From Oscillospiraceae bacterium (lineage in GTDB: Bacteria > Bacillota > Clostridia > Oscillospirales > JAAYXM01), in NCBI GenBank assembly GCA_017559985.1, contig JAFYPW010000082.1:1-62145 (forward strand): DNA of 62,145 bases, given 5' to 3'. Position numbers and translations under genes: made by a program. Positions 44,728 to 54,653 of the stretch are shown one piece after another (position 1 is the first letter of the stretch; each line of letters opens with the position of its first letter). The notes beneath the pieces were generated by a model. It searched no databases and had not been told where the DNA came from. It worked only from the letters and a program-made list of their open reading frames with translations.

Positions 44728-46614
44728 GTGGGCGTTATAAATGTACTTGAAACACACGTTGCGAATATGATTGCCGCAGGCGAAGTTGTGGAAAATCCCG
44801 CCTCGGTGGTAAAAGAGCTTCTGGAAAATGCAATAGACGCGGGAGCGTGTGCCGTAACGGTTGAAATACAGAGCGGAGGAGTTGCATATATCCGCGTGAC
44901 GGATGACGGCTGCGGTATGTCGCCCGAGGATGCAAAAACTGCTTTTCTGCGTCATGCTACGAGCAAAATTTCAAAGGCAGAAGACCTCGACGGGATAACA
45001 ACACTCGGCTTTCGTGGCGAGGCGCTTGCGGCAATATCCGCTGTTTCAAAGATAGACCTTATCACAAAGTCAAAAACTGCCGGTATGGGAACTGCGATTT
45101 ATGCAGAGGCGGGAGACGTCATTCGCGAGAGCGATTCAGGTTGCCCTGACGGAACAACGATAATCGTGCGTGAGCTTTTCTATAACACGCCTGCGCGTAT
45201 GCGCTTTTTAAAGAAAGACGCAACAGAGGCAGCTGCGGTTGAAAGTGTAATAAAAGCCTCGGCACTTGCACATCCTGAGGTCTCAATAAAATTCATCCGC
45301 GACGGCCGCGATGTTCTCCACACTCCGGGTGACGGAGTTTTGAAAAATGCAATGTATGCGCTTTTCGGGCGTGACTTTGCAAATAATATGAAAGAGGTCG
45401 TGTGCCATCAGCACGGAATATCTGTGCGCGGCTTTACCTGTACGCCCCAAAGCTCGCGAGGCAACCGCGGTCTGCAATTCTTCTTTGTCAATGGACGTGC
45501 CATAAAATCAAAAATGCTTGCGGTCGCGCTTGATAACGCGTACAAGGAAATGCTTATGAAGGGGCGTTTTCCGACTTGCGTGCTTATGCTTGATGTACCG
45601 CCGACGCAGGTGGATGTCAATGTTCATCCGGCAAAGACTGAGGTGAAGTTTGCACGGGAACGCGATGTTTTTGATATAGTATATTTCGGTGTGAAATCAG
45701 CGCTTGAAGCGCGTGAGGAAAAGGTTGTTCCTCCGCCGTCTGTGCCAAAACCCGCACCGGTTGACAATGTCACAAAAAATCAGATGAAGATAGATATGAC
45801 GCCGCCTGTGCTCAAACTTTCTTCATCTCCGATAAAGCTTGAACCGATGGAAATGCCGGTGCGCACGGAAGAATCCGTAATTTCGGCACTTGAAGGTATG
45901 AAGAACGAGAAAAAAAGCGAAAAACCGCTTATGATGCGCTCGACATATATGCCTGAATATCGTGCAGAACCCAAAGCCGAGCCTCCGAAAGCGCCTGAAC
46001 GTGAAGCTTTTGCGGAAGAGAAACCCAGCGAGGTAAAGGAAGAAAAGAAAATCCGCCTTATCGGCGAGGCGATGAACACATACATCATAGCAGAATACGG
46101 CGACAGTGTTGTGTTTATAGACAAGCACGCGGCTCACGAGAGGATAATATTTGAGAAGCTTCAAAAAAATTCGGGTTCTGCAATGTCGCAGATTTTGCTC
46201 ACTCCCGAGGTTGTTGAGTTTGATAAGCTCTCCTGCGCGGCAATCCTTGAAAACCGCGAAGAGATAGAGAAAATCGGCTTTGATGTTGACGAGTTCGGTG
46301 ACGGAAGCGTTGTGGTATCGGCGATTCCCGACGGAATAGACGTAAACGATGCCGTTGCTGTTTTAGAAGATCTTGCAGAAACTCTCAGAAGCGGTGCACG
46401 GACAAGAAGACCGGATATTCTTTCCGAGACGATGTATTCCGTCGCGTGCAAGGCTGCGATAAAGGCAGGCCAGAAAAATGCACCCGAAGAGCTTATGGCG
46501 ATAGCAGAGAGGGTTCTGCTTTCTGATGATATCCGCTTCTGTCCGCACGGCAGACCGGTTATGATAGAGTTTTCAAAGAATGACCTTGAACGAAAGTTCA
46601 AGAGAATAGTATAA
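44728..46614 (+). CDS. mutL: DNA mismatch repair protein MutL
   Basis: GHKL ATPase motifs (IAAGEVVE.P.SVVKELLENA.DAG, DDG.GM). GTG start after aaaggagggg. Confidence 0.95.
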   Translation: MGVINVLETHVANMIAAGEVVENPASVVKELLENAIDAGACAVTVEIQSGGVAYIRVTDDGCGMSPEDAKTAFLRHATSKISKAEDLDGITTLGFRGEALAAISAVSKIDLITKSKTAGMGTAIYAEAGDVIRESDSGCPDGTTIIVRELFYNTPARMRFLKKDATEAAAVESVIKASALAHPEVSIKFIRDGRDVLHTPGDGVLKNAMYALFGRDFANNMKEVVCHQHGISVRGFTCTPQSSRGNRGLQFFFVNGRAIKSKMLAVALDNAYKEMLMKGRFPTCVLMLDVPPTQVDVNVHPAKTEVKFARERDVFDIVYFGVKSALEAREEKVVPPPSVPKPAPVDNVTKNQMKIDMTPPVLKLSSSPIKLEPMEMPVRTEESVISALEGMKNEKKSEKPLMMRSTYMPEYRAEPKAEPPKAPEREAFAEEKPSEVKEEKKIRLIGEAMNTYIIAEYGDSVVFIDKHAAHERIIFEKLQKNSGSAMSQILLTPEVVEFDKLSCAAILENREEIEKIGFDVDEFGDGSVVVSAIPDGIDVNDAVAVLEDLAETLRSGARTRRPDILSETMYSVACKAAIKAGQKNAPEELMAIAERVLLSDDIRFCPHGRPVMIEFSKNDLERKFKRIV

Positions 46615-46622
46615 GGTGATAT

Positions 46623-47567
46623 ATGCAAAAAAACAGGATTATCTGCATAGTCGGGCCTACGGCATCGGGGAAAACCGCGCTTTCGATCGCCCTTGCAAAA
46701 AAGCTTTCGGGCGAGATTGTTTCGGGTGATTCGATGCAGATATACAAGGGTATGGATATCGGAACGGCAAAACCCGATGAAACCGAGCGTGACGGAGTTG
46801 TGCACCATATGCTCTCCGTTGCAGAGCCTTCCGAAAACTATTCGGCTGCGCGCTATGTAAAAGAGGCGGGAGCGTGTGTAGACGAAATTCTCTCGTGTGG
46901 GAAGGTGCCCATTGTTGTGGGGGGAACGGGGTTATATATCGATTCTCTCGTAAACGGCACCGAGTTTGCGGCGCATCTTGAAGATGAGAAATACCGCCGG
47001 GAACTCTGGGAATTATATGAAGAAAAAGGAGTAGAATTTCTCCACGATATGTTGTCGCGCGTTGATGCTGCGCGTGCAGAAGAAATACACAAGAACAATG
47101 TAAAGCGTGTTATCCGCGCACTTGAAGTGTATAAAATTACGGGAAAGACAATTTCAGAGCACGACGAAGAAACAAAAGGAAAAGAGCCTAAATACGACGC
47201 GACGTACATCGGGCTTGAATTTCAAAACCGTGACAGGTTGTATGAGAGAATAAACCTTCGTGTTGATAAAATGATAGAGGCGGGGCTTTTACGGGAAGTT
47301 GAAAATCTTCTCGGAAGCGGTCTTTCGCCGTCGTCTACTGCAATGCAGGCAATAGGATATAAAGAACTTGTTGCATATTTTGAGGGAAAAGAGATGCTCG
47401 ATGAAGCAATCGAAAAAATAAAGCTCAATTCCAGAAGATATGCAAAACGGCAGATGACGTGGTTTAAGCGCAATGAAAAGGTGAACTGGATTGCGGTTGA
47501 TAAGTCGGAAAATATTTCCGACATAATACAAAATTCGATGAATTTCATCTCTTTTGACAGTATATAA
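46623..47567 (+). CDS. miaA: tRNA dimethylallyltransferase
   Basis: P-loop GPTASGKT and DSMQIY..MDIGTAKP. Confidence 0.93.
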   Translation: MQKNRIICIVGPTASGKTALSIALAKKLSGEIVSGDSMQIYKGMDIGTAKPDETERDGVVHHMLSVAEPSENYSAARYVKEAGACVDEILSCGKVPIVVGGTGLYIDSLVNGTEFAAHLEDEKYRRELWELYEEKGVEFLHDMLSRVDAARAEEIHKNNVKRVIRALEVYKITGKTISEHDEETKGKEPKYDATYIGLEFQNRDRLYERINLRVDKMIEAGLLREVENLLGSGLSPSSTAMQAIGYKELVAYFEGKEMLDEAIEKIKLNSRRYAKRQMTWFKRNEKVNWIAVDKSENISDIIQNSMNFISFDSI

Positions 47568-47603
47568 TTTTATAGAAAAATTATAGAAAGAGTGTGATTC
47601 ATT

Positions 47604-47861
47604 ATGACAAAGACAGCAGGGTTGCAGGATGTTTTTTTAAACAAGGCGAGAAGTGAGGGGATAAGCGTTACGGTGTTTCTCACCAACGGCTTTCAGCTTA
47701 AAGGAACAGTCCGCGGCTTTGATTGTTTTACGGTGGTGCTTGTGAGCGACGGAAGACAGCAGCTTATATATAAGCACGCGATATCCACCATTGTTCCGTC
47801 GAAAGCAATAAGATTTTTTGAAATTTCGGAAGAGGAGGATTCGCGGGAAGAGTGCGTCTGA
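47604..47861 (+). CDS. hfq: RNA chaperone Hfq
   Basis: Sm motifs LQD.FLN..R.....VT.FL.NG..L.G.....D.F...L......QL.YKHAIST. Confidence 0.93.
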   Translation: MTKTAGLQDVFLNKARSEGISVTVFLTNGFQLKGTVRGFDCFTVVLVSDGRQQLIYKHAISTIVPSKAIRFFEISEEEDSREECV

Positions 47862-47894
47862 TGCAGCGGGCGCGCAAAAGCCCCGAAACAGAAG

Positions 47895-49115
47895 ATGAAA
47901 AAGGAAAGCATAATTCCTAAAATCATAACACTTGTTCTGGGTGTTTTTCTGTGTGCATACATAGGTTATCAGGCGTATCGCGCGTTGTATAATCCCGTAA
48001 GCACCGTGGGTGCCGTGTATACCGAGGTGGACGATGTCGTTGAGATGAGCGGATATATCATCCGTGATGAGAAACTTCTTGCGAAAGCCCCGGGCTCCGG
48101 TGTTCTCGAACTGAATATGCAGGAGGGCGAACGTGTTGCAAGCGGCAGCGCGGTTGCGGTCATATACAAGGATGAGGCTTCTGCCGGGAAAAATCAACAG
48201 GTAGCCTCTCTCTCTGAGCAGATAGACAGAATATCAAAACTCTATTCCCAAAGCGGCGAGAGCTATGACATAGACGCTGCAAACGACAAAGTTTCAGATG
48301 CTGCGATTGCGATACATACGATGGTCCAGGAGGGTGTTTCTAACAATTCGCGTGAGATGTGCGAGGAGTTTAAAATGCAGACTCTTGTGCGCGAATATAT
48401 CTATCGCGACAAGTCAGAGCTTCTTTCGGTTATAAATGAGCTTAAAAAAGAAAAAGACCGCTTGGGAGCGCAACGGGCGATAATAAAGAGAATTTATTCT
48501 CCTGCGGCGGGATATTTTTCGCAGTATACCGACGGTTATGAAAATGTGTTCACACCGGACCTTGTTCTGAATTCGACGCCGTCGCAATATGAGGAAACGG
48601 TGGGGAAATACGCGGTTTCTGACAATTCAAATATAGGAAAGCTCATATCGACAAACAAGTGGTATTTTGCGGCAACGATAGATGAACAAAGCGCAAAAAG
48701 ACTAAAAGTCGGAAAAGAGATGACACTTAAATTCCGCGACAAAGCTCTTCCGCAGGTTTTGGGAGAGGTGGAGCGTATAAGTGATCCTGAGGGCGGCCGT
48801 GTGCTTGTCGTATTTTCGTGCACGACTCACATATCGGACTTTACAAAGATAAGAAACATAAAGGCAGACGCCGTAATAAAAACATATAAGGGACTTAAAG
48901 TTCCGCGCGAAGCACTCCGTGTAAGTGAGGATGGGAAAAACGGAGTATACTGTCTTGTTGATTCGCAGGTAAAGTTCAAGCCCGTAAATATCATTTTTGA
49001 AAAAGACAGCTACTATGTTTCCGAATATGACAGTACGGACACAAAGTCACTTTTGCTTTATGACGAAATAGTCGTTTCGGCAAAGAATCTCGAAAACAGA
49101 AAGATAATAAAATAG
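47895..49115 (+). CDS. HlyD-like membrane-fusion/adaptor-family protein (N-terminal TM, coiled coil, beta-barrel)
   Basis: 406 aa. The architecture is typical of HlyD_D23-like proteins found upstream of ylmE in Clostridia. Confidence 0.55.
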   Translation: MKKESIIPKIITLVLGVFLCAYIGYQAYRALYNPVSTVGAVYTEVDDVVEMSGYIIRDEKLLAKAPGSGVLELNMQEGERVASGSAVAVIYKDEASAGKNQQVASLSEQIDRISKLYSQSGESYDIDAANDKVSDAAIAIHTMVQEGVSNNSREMCEEFKMQTLVREYIYRDKSELLSVINELKKEKDRLGAQRAIIKRIYSPAAGYFSQYTDGYENVFTPDLVLNSTPSQYEETVGKYAVSDNSNIGKLISTNKWYFAATIDEQSAKRLKVGKEMTLKFRDKALPQVLGEVERISDPEGGRVLVVFSCTTHISDFTKIRNIKADAVIKTYKGLKVPREALRVSEDGKNGVYCLVDSQVKFKPVNIIFEKDSYYVSEYDSTDTKSLLLYDEIVVSAKNLENRKIIK

Positions 49116-49126
49116 AGGGAAGAAAA

Positions 49127-49825
49127 ATGCAGGGGATAGCAGAAAATATAGCCGCAATACGAAAAGAAATCGATGAAGCTGCAAGTCTTACCGGAAGGAG
49201 CGGCAGTGATATAGTCCTGGTTGCGGCGACAAAGATGAACGACACGGAAAGGGTGAAGAGCGCAATTGCCGCAGGGGTTGATGCTTGCGGAGAAAACCGT
49301 GTTCAGGAGCTTCTGGGAAAATACGAAGAAGGCGCATATGAGGGAAGGCCGCTTCACTTTATAGGAACGCTTCAGACAAACAAGGTCAAATACCTCGTAG
49401 GAAAGGTTGACCTTATCCAGTCGGTCAACTCTTTAAAGCTGGCAACTGAAATTTCAAAATGTGCGGTAAAACAGGGTATAGTTCAGGATATACTCATAGA
49501 AATCAACATAGGCGCGGAAAAGTCAAAGAGCGGGGCTTCGGAGGCCTCTGTTTTTGAACTTTGCGAGGGCATTTCAAAGCTTTCTGCACTGCGCGTTCGA
49601 GGAATTATGACAATTCCGCCGATTTCACACGATGAAGCTACGCAAAAAAGCTTTTTTTTGAAAATGAAGCAATTATTTGTTGACATTGAGACAAAAAAAT
49701 ACGATAATATTAGTATGGAGTTTTTGTCTATGGGCATGAGTGGCGATTACCGATTGGCCATTGAGTGCGGGGCGAATATGGTTCGCATCGGCACGGGAAT
49801 TTTCGGCGCGCGCCACTATGCGTAA
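49127..49825 (+). CDS. yggS: YggS/YlmE-family PLP homeostasis protein
   Basis: 232 aa with VAATK, HFIG.LQ.NK and SMGMS.D motifs. Confidence 0.88.
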   Translation: MQGIAENIAAIRKEIDEAASLTGRSGSDIVLVAATKMNDTERVKSAIAAGVDACGENRVQELLGKYEEGAYEGRPLHFIGTLQTNKVKYLVGKVDLIQSVNSLKLATEISKCAVKQGIVQDILIEINIGAEKSKSGASEASVFELCEGISKLSALRVRGIMTIPPISHDEATQKSFFLKMKQLFVDIETKKYDNISMEFLSMGMSGDYRLAIECGANMVRIGTGIFGARHYA

Positions 49826-49849
49826 TAAAATTTAGGAGGACAAGCTACT

Positions 49850-50275
49850 ATGGGATTTATGGAAAAGTTCAAGGAATGGGCAAAGGTAGAAGAAGACGAC
49901 GAAGAAGAGTTTGAGGATTTTGTTCCCACAGAAGACCGTGTAAGAAAACCGCAGAGCACGGTGCGTCGTGATGACCGCGTTGTCAACATCCACACAACGA
50001 CACAGCTTCAGGTTGTTCTTGTAAAGCCTGAGATTTATGAAAACGCAACAGAGATTGCAGACCACCTCAAGGAAAAACGCACAGTCGTTCTCAACCTTGA
50101 ATCCACAAACAAGGACGCTGCACGCCGGATTCTCGACTTTTTAAGCGGTGTTGCATACACAAACGACGGTCAGATAAAGCGTGTTGCAAACAACACATAC
50201 ATCATCACTCCGTATAATGTTGACCTTAAAGGCGACCTTATCGACGAGCTTGAAAGCAGCGGTCTTTGCTTCTAG
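49850..50275 (+). CDS. sepF: Cell division protein SepF
   Basis: 141 aa. Acidic N-terminus and a conserved C-terminal domain (V.L.P....DA..I.D.L). Confidence 0.88.
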   Translation: MGFMEKFKEWAKVEEDDEEEFEDFVPTEDRVRKPQSTVRRDDRVVNIHTTTQLQVVLVKPEIYENATEIADHLKEKRTVVLNLESTNKDAARRILDFLSGVAYTNDGQIKRVANNTYIITPYNVDLKGDLIDELESSGLCF

Positions 50276-50306
50276 ACCCGGCGCGGGTTTTGAAAGGTAA
50301 GAGATT

Positions 50307-50579
50307 ATGGTAATATTGGCCTTGTTGCGGACGTTCATAGCGACGCTTTTGCGCGTGTATGAGCTTCTGTTTATTGCGCGTGCAATTCTTTCGTGGTTTC
50401 CGATGGCAACACTCGGCGGCCTTATGAGCTTTATTTATGCAGTTACAGAACCTGTGCTTGCGCCCATAAGAGCGCTTCTTATGAAGATTCCGGCACTTGC
50501 AAGTATGCCGATAGACTTTTCGGTTCTCGTTGCATTTCTGCTCATTGATGTATTGCGCACAATAATTTTCTATATATAA
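50307..50579 (+). CDS. yggT: YggT-family membrane protein
   Basis: 90 aa, two TM helices, ARAILSWFP motif. Confidence 0.8.
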   Translation: MVILALLRTFIATLLRVYELLFIARAILSWFPMATLGGLMSFIYAVTEPVLAPIRALLMKIPALASMPIDFSVLVAFLLIDVLRTIIFYI

Positions 50580-50600
50580 AGTTTCGAGGTGACTGGGGAT

Positions 50601-51374
50601 ATGTATACTCCTAATGAAGTAAGGGATATAAAGTTCAATAAGGCAGTTTTCGGCGGATATGATATGGCTGATGTTGACCGCGCATTTTCGACAATTTCCG
50701 ACGATTACGCAACTCTTTTCAAAGAGAATGCAATGCTTAAAAAGAAGCTTAAAGTTCTTGCAGACACGGTAGAGGATTACCGCGGTGTTGATGAGGCTAT
50801 GAGAAAGGCACTTATCACGGCACAGAATATGGCAAACGAAATGGTTGCTGAGGCTGAGAAAAAGTGCAACGATATGCTTTCAACTGCGAGTGCCGATGCC
50901 GCAGAGCGCATAAAGTCGCTTACGGCAGAGGTTCAGGCAGAGGAGGCAAAGCTTTCCCGGGCAAAAGCCGAAACGGCTGCGTTTATAGACAATCTCGCAA
51001 AGCTGTTTGAAACAGAGCGCAGCAAGTTTTTAGAGCTTCGCAACGAGATTTCACCGGTCCCCACAACGCCTGAGGTTTCGGAAAAACCCATGAGCGACAC
51101 TCTCGATGAGATTGCAAAATCTCTTGAAGAGAAAGTAAGGCTTGAAGAAGAGGAGCTTGCAGCAAAAGCTCCCGAGAAGGAAGCCGAGCCGGAAGAAACA
51201 CTTCAGCCGGAGCACGAAGAGAAGAGCGACACAATCTCTTTTGAGAATAACGTTCCGACGGAAGAAGAAATGACGAGACTTGAAAAAGAAGCGGAAAAGC
51301 CGAAGCGCAAGATGCGCGTTGAGTATGAAAACCTCAAATTCGGCGCCGATTATGATATAAAAAGCGAAGACTAA
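50601..51374 (+). CDS. divIVA: DivIVA-domain protein
   Basis: N-terminal TPNEVRDIKFNKAVFGGYDM.DVD.AF lipid-binding domain plus a coiled coil. Start at ATG 50601. Confidence 0.85.
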   Translation: MYTPNEVRDIKFNKAVFGGYDMADVDRAFSTISDDYATLFKENAMLKKKLKVLADTVEDYRGVDEAMRKALITAQNMANEMVAEAEKKCNDMLSTASADAAERIKSLTAEVQAEEAKLSRAKAETAAFIDNLAKLFETERSKFLELRNEISPVPTTPEVSEKPMSDTLDEIAKSLEEKVRLEEEELAAKAPEKEAEPEETLQPEHEEKSDTISFENNVPTEEEMTRLEKEAEKPKRKMRVEYENLKFGADYDIKSED

Positions 51375-51403
51375 AAACAAACAACAAGAGGGAGTTATCT
51401 GTA

Positions 51404-54175
51404 ATGTCTCAGGATTATAACAGCACAATAAATTTGCCGAAAACCGAGTTTCCGATGCGCGCAAGCCTTCCCAAGCGTGAGCCGGATATGCTTGCTGCAT
51501 GGGAAAACGATAATCTTTATGAAAAGATGATGGAGAAGAACGAGGGAAGACCTCAGTTCATTCTTCACGACGGTCCTCCGTTCTCAAACGGAAGTATCCA
51601 TATGGGCACTTCAATGAATAAGTGCCTTAAAGACTTTATAGTCAGATATAAGAATATGGCAGGCTTTAAGGCTCCGTTTACTCCCGGTTGGGACAACCAC
51701 GGTATGCCGATTGAATCTGCAATCATAAAGCAGAACAAGCTTGACCGTAAGCATATGTCAATTCCGGAATTCCGTACAGCCTGTAAGGAATTTGCGGAGA
51801 AATTTGTCGATGTCCAGAGAAATCAGTTCAAGCGTCTCGGCGTTGTCGGTGATTGGGAAAAACCCTATCTCACAATGGACCCGAAGTTTGAAGCAGAGGA
51901 AGTTAAAATCTTTGGTGAGATGTATAAAAAAGGATACATCTACAAGGGACTCAAACCGGTTTACTGGTGCCCGAAGGACGAAACTGCTCTTGCTGAGGCA
52001 GAGATTGAATATAAGGACGACCCGTGCACAACCGTCTATGTCAAATTCAAGGTGAATGATGACCTTGGAAAGCTTGCGGGAATTGACCTTGAAAACACAT
52101 ATTTCGTAATATGGACAACAACAATCTGGACACTTCCCGGAAACCTTGCAATCGCTATGAATCCGTCTGAGGAGTATGTAATTGCAAAGGCTCCCAACGG
52201 AGAGAACTATATTATGGCAGAGGCTCTTGCCGGCAAGGTTATGAAGATTGGCGGTTTTGACAGCTTTGAGGTTATTGACCACCATCCGGGCGCGTTCTTT
52301 GAAAATATGCTCGCAGACCATCCGTTCCTCCCGAAGACTTCACGCCTGCTCCTTGCAGACTATGTCACGATGGAATCCGGTACGGGTTGCGTTCACACGG
52401 CTCCGGGCTTCGGTGCAGATGACTATCAGACCTGCCGTCGCTACGGTATGGAAATGGTTGTCCCGGTTGACGACAGCGGTCGCCATACCGACTATGCGGG
52501 AAAATATGCAGGTATGACGACGGACGAGTCAAACCCCGCAATTTTAGAAGATATGAAAACCTCCGGTGCGCTTTTTGCATCCGAGGATATTGTCCATAGC
52601 TATCCGCATTGTTGGAGATGTAAAGGTCCGATAATCTTCCGTGCGACTGACCAGTGGTTCTGCTCGGTCGACGCGTTCAAAGACGAAACAGTCAAGGCTT
52701 GTGAAAATGTACAGTGGCTCCCCGAGTGGGGTTATGACCGCATAACGTCAATGGTACGCGAGCGTGCAGACTGGTGTATCTCCCGTCAGCGTCATTGGGG
52801 TCTCCCGATTCCGGTGTTCTACTGCGAAGATTGCAAAAAGCCGATCTGCGACGATGCAACTATTGCAAAAATTGCTGACATTTTTGCGGAAAAAGGTTCA
52901 AACGCATGGTTTGAGCTTGCGACAGAAGAGCTTATGCCCGAGGGTTATGTCTGCCCGCATTGCGGCGGCAAGCACTTCACAAAAGAAACCGACACACTTG
53001 ACGGTTGGTTTGACTCGGGCTCAACACATATTGCATCTATGGAGCTTGATTCTCCGAAGTGCTGGCCGGCAGACCTTTACCTTGAAGGTGCAGACCAGTA
53101 TCGCGGATGGTTCCAGTCCTCTCTCCTCACGGCTGTTGCGCTTCGAGGTGCGGCACCGTACCGTCAGGTCCTTACACACGGCTGGACCGTTGACGGAGAG
53201 GGTAAGGCAATGCATAAGTCTCTCGGAAACGGCGTAGCTCCTGAGGAGATTATTGAAAAATACGGCGCAGACGTTTTGCGTCTCTGGGCGGCTTCTGCTG
53301 ACTACCGCCAGGATATGCGTTGCTCAGATGCGATATTCAAACAGCTTTCAGACACATACCTCAAAATCAGAAACACTTCAAGATATATCCTTGGTAACCT
53401 TGATGGATTTGATCCGGCAACCTGTGTTGCGTATGACGAGCTTTGCGAGATGGATAAGTGGGCACTCTCCCGCATGAACACTCTTACAAAGCGTTGCCTT
53501 GAAGCGTACGATAAATATGAGTTCTATACAGTCGTTCACGCTGTCCATAACTTCTGCGTTGTTGATATGTCAAACTTCTATCTCGACGTTATCAAGGACA
53601 GACTCTACTGTGACGGCGCAGACGGCGCATCAAGACGCGGTGCTCAGACGGTTATTTACCGCATTCTTGACAGCCTCGTCCGTATCATCTGCCCGATTCT
53701 CGCGTTCACAAGCGACGAAATCTGGAAGGCTATGCCGCATACAGCAGATGCACGCCTTGAAAATGCGGCACTCAACGATATGCCGAAGGTCGACGAAAAG
53801 GAGCTCAACCTTGAACTTGAACAGAAGTGGGAAAAGGTTCAGGCTCTTCGTGACCGCGTAAACCGCTCTCTTGAAGAAGCGCGCGCCGCAAAGGAAATCG
53901 GAAAGTCGCTCGAAGCAAAGGTTACAATATCCGCAAACGGAGAAACCTATGACTTCATAGCCGGATGTCCGGAGCTTACAAAGCTCTTTATCGTTTCTGC
54001 TGTTGAGCTTTTAAAGAATGAAGCTGTTGCAGATTCTCTCGAAGAAATCGAGGTAAAGGTAACAAAGGCAGGCGGAGTCAAGTGCCCGCGTTGCTGGACG
54101 TTCTCGGAAGAAGCAGGAACAGATGCAGAGCATCCGGAGCTTTGTCCGCGTTGCACAGCTGTTGTCAAGGGATAG
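51404..54175 (+). CDS. ileS: Isoleucine-tRNA ligase
   Basis: 923 aa with a HIGH-like motif (P.SNGSIHMG), the KMSKS variant KMHKSLG and C-terminal zinc Cys pairs. Confidence 0.97.
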   Translation: MSQDYNSTINLPKTEFPMRASLPKREPDMLAAWENDNLYEKMMEKNEGRPQFILHDGPPFSNGSIHMGTSMNKCLKDFIVRYKNMAGFKAPFTPGWDNHGMPIESAIIKQNKLDRKHMSIPEFRTACKEFAEKFVDVQRNQFKRLGVVGDWEKPYLTMDPKFEAEEVKIFGEMYKKGYIYKGLKPVYWCPKDETALAEAEIEYKDDPCTTVYVKFKVNDDLGKLAGIDLENTYFVIWTTTIWTLPGNLAIAMNPSEEYVIAKAPNGENYIMAEALAGKVMKIGGFDSFEVIDHHPGAFFENMLADHPFLPKTSRLLLADYVTMESGTGCVHTAPGFGADDYQTCRRYGMEMVVPVDDSGRHTDYAGKYAGMTTDESNPAILEDMKTSGALFASEDIVHSYPHCWRCKGPIIFRATDQWFCSVDAFKDETVKACENVQWLPEWGYDRITSMVRERADWCISRQRHWGLPIPVFYCEDCKKPICDDATIAKIADIFAEKGSNAWFELATEELMPEGYVCPHCGGKHFTKETDTLDGWFDSGSTHIASMELDSPKCWPADLYLEGADQYRGWFQSSLLTAVALRGAAPYRQVLTHGWTVDGEGKAMHKSLGNGVAPEEIIEKYGADVLRLWAASADYRQDMRCSDAIFKQLSDTYLKIRNTSRYILGNLDGFDPATCVAYDELCEMDKWALSRMNTLTKRCLEAYDKYEFYTVVHAVHNFCVVDMSNFYLDVIKDRLYCDGADGASRRGAQTVIYRILDSLVRIICPILAFTSDEIWKAMPHTADARLENAALNDMPKVDEKELNLELEQKWEKVQALRDRVNRSLEEARAAKEIGKSLEAKVTISANGETYDFIAGCPELTKLFIVSAVELLKNEAVADSLEEIEVKVTKAGGVKCPRCWTFSEEAGTDAEHPELCPRCTAVVKG

Positions 54176-54179
54176 AAAA

Positions 54180-54653
54180 TTGCTGATACTTCAATTTTTA
54201 ACCGTAATAATTCTTGTAGCACTCGACCAGATAACAAAGCTCTGGATAGTTACGAATATTCCGTTATACAGCGGTTTTTCGGCGATTGAAAAAGTGTTTT
54301 CCATATACCACACGGTAAACACCGGAGCCGGATGGTCGCTTCTTTCGGGTCAGACTGCGCTTCTTATTGCAGTTCCCGCCGTTGCGGTAATCGCGATGGT
54401 GTATGTGCTCACGACGGAAAAGATAAAGCCCAAAACCGGAGTGTGGGGTATTACTCTCATCCTTGCGGGTGCTGTCGGCAACCTCATCGACAGGATTTTT
54501 CGCGGCGGTGAAGTTGTTGATATGATAAAGCTTGAATTTATCGACTTTCCCGTGTTCAATGTTGCGGATATATGCGTAACGGTAGGTGCAGTGCTTTTCT
54601 TCATCTATGTAATCTTCTTCTATGAAGACAGGAAGGAAAAGAAAGATGAATAA
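54180..54653 (+). CDS. lspA: Lipoprotein signal peptidase (signal peptidase II)
   Basis: DQ.TK, N.GA.W and FNVAD motifs. The start is uncertain: TTG 54180 lies just after the ileS stop, whereas the track start at 54123 overlaps ileS. Confidence 0.82.
   Translation: MLILQFLTVIILVALDQITKLWIVTNIPLYSGFSAIEKVFSIYHTVNTGAGWSLLSGQTALLIAVPAVAVIAMVYVLTTEKIKPKTGVWGITLILAGAVGNLIDRIFRGGEVVDMIKLEFIDFPVFNVADICVTVGAVLFFIYVIFFYEDRKEKKDE

Noticed and set aside
46161-46808. 215-aa minus-strand ORF spanning the mutL-miaA junction
   Set aside because: It crosses an intergenic junction antisense to two conserved genes, and no domain is recognisable.
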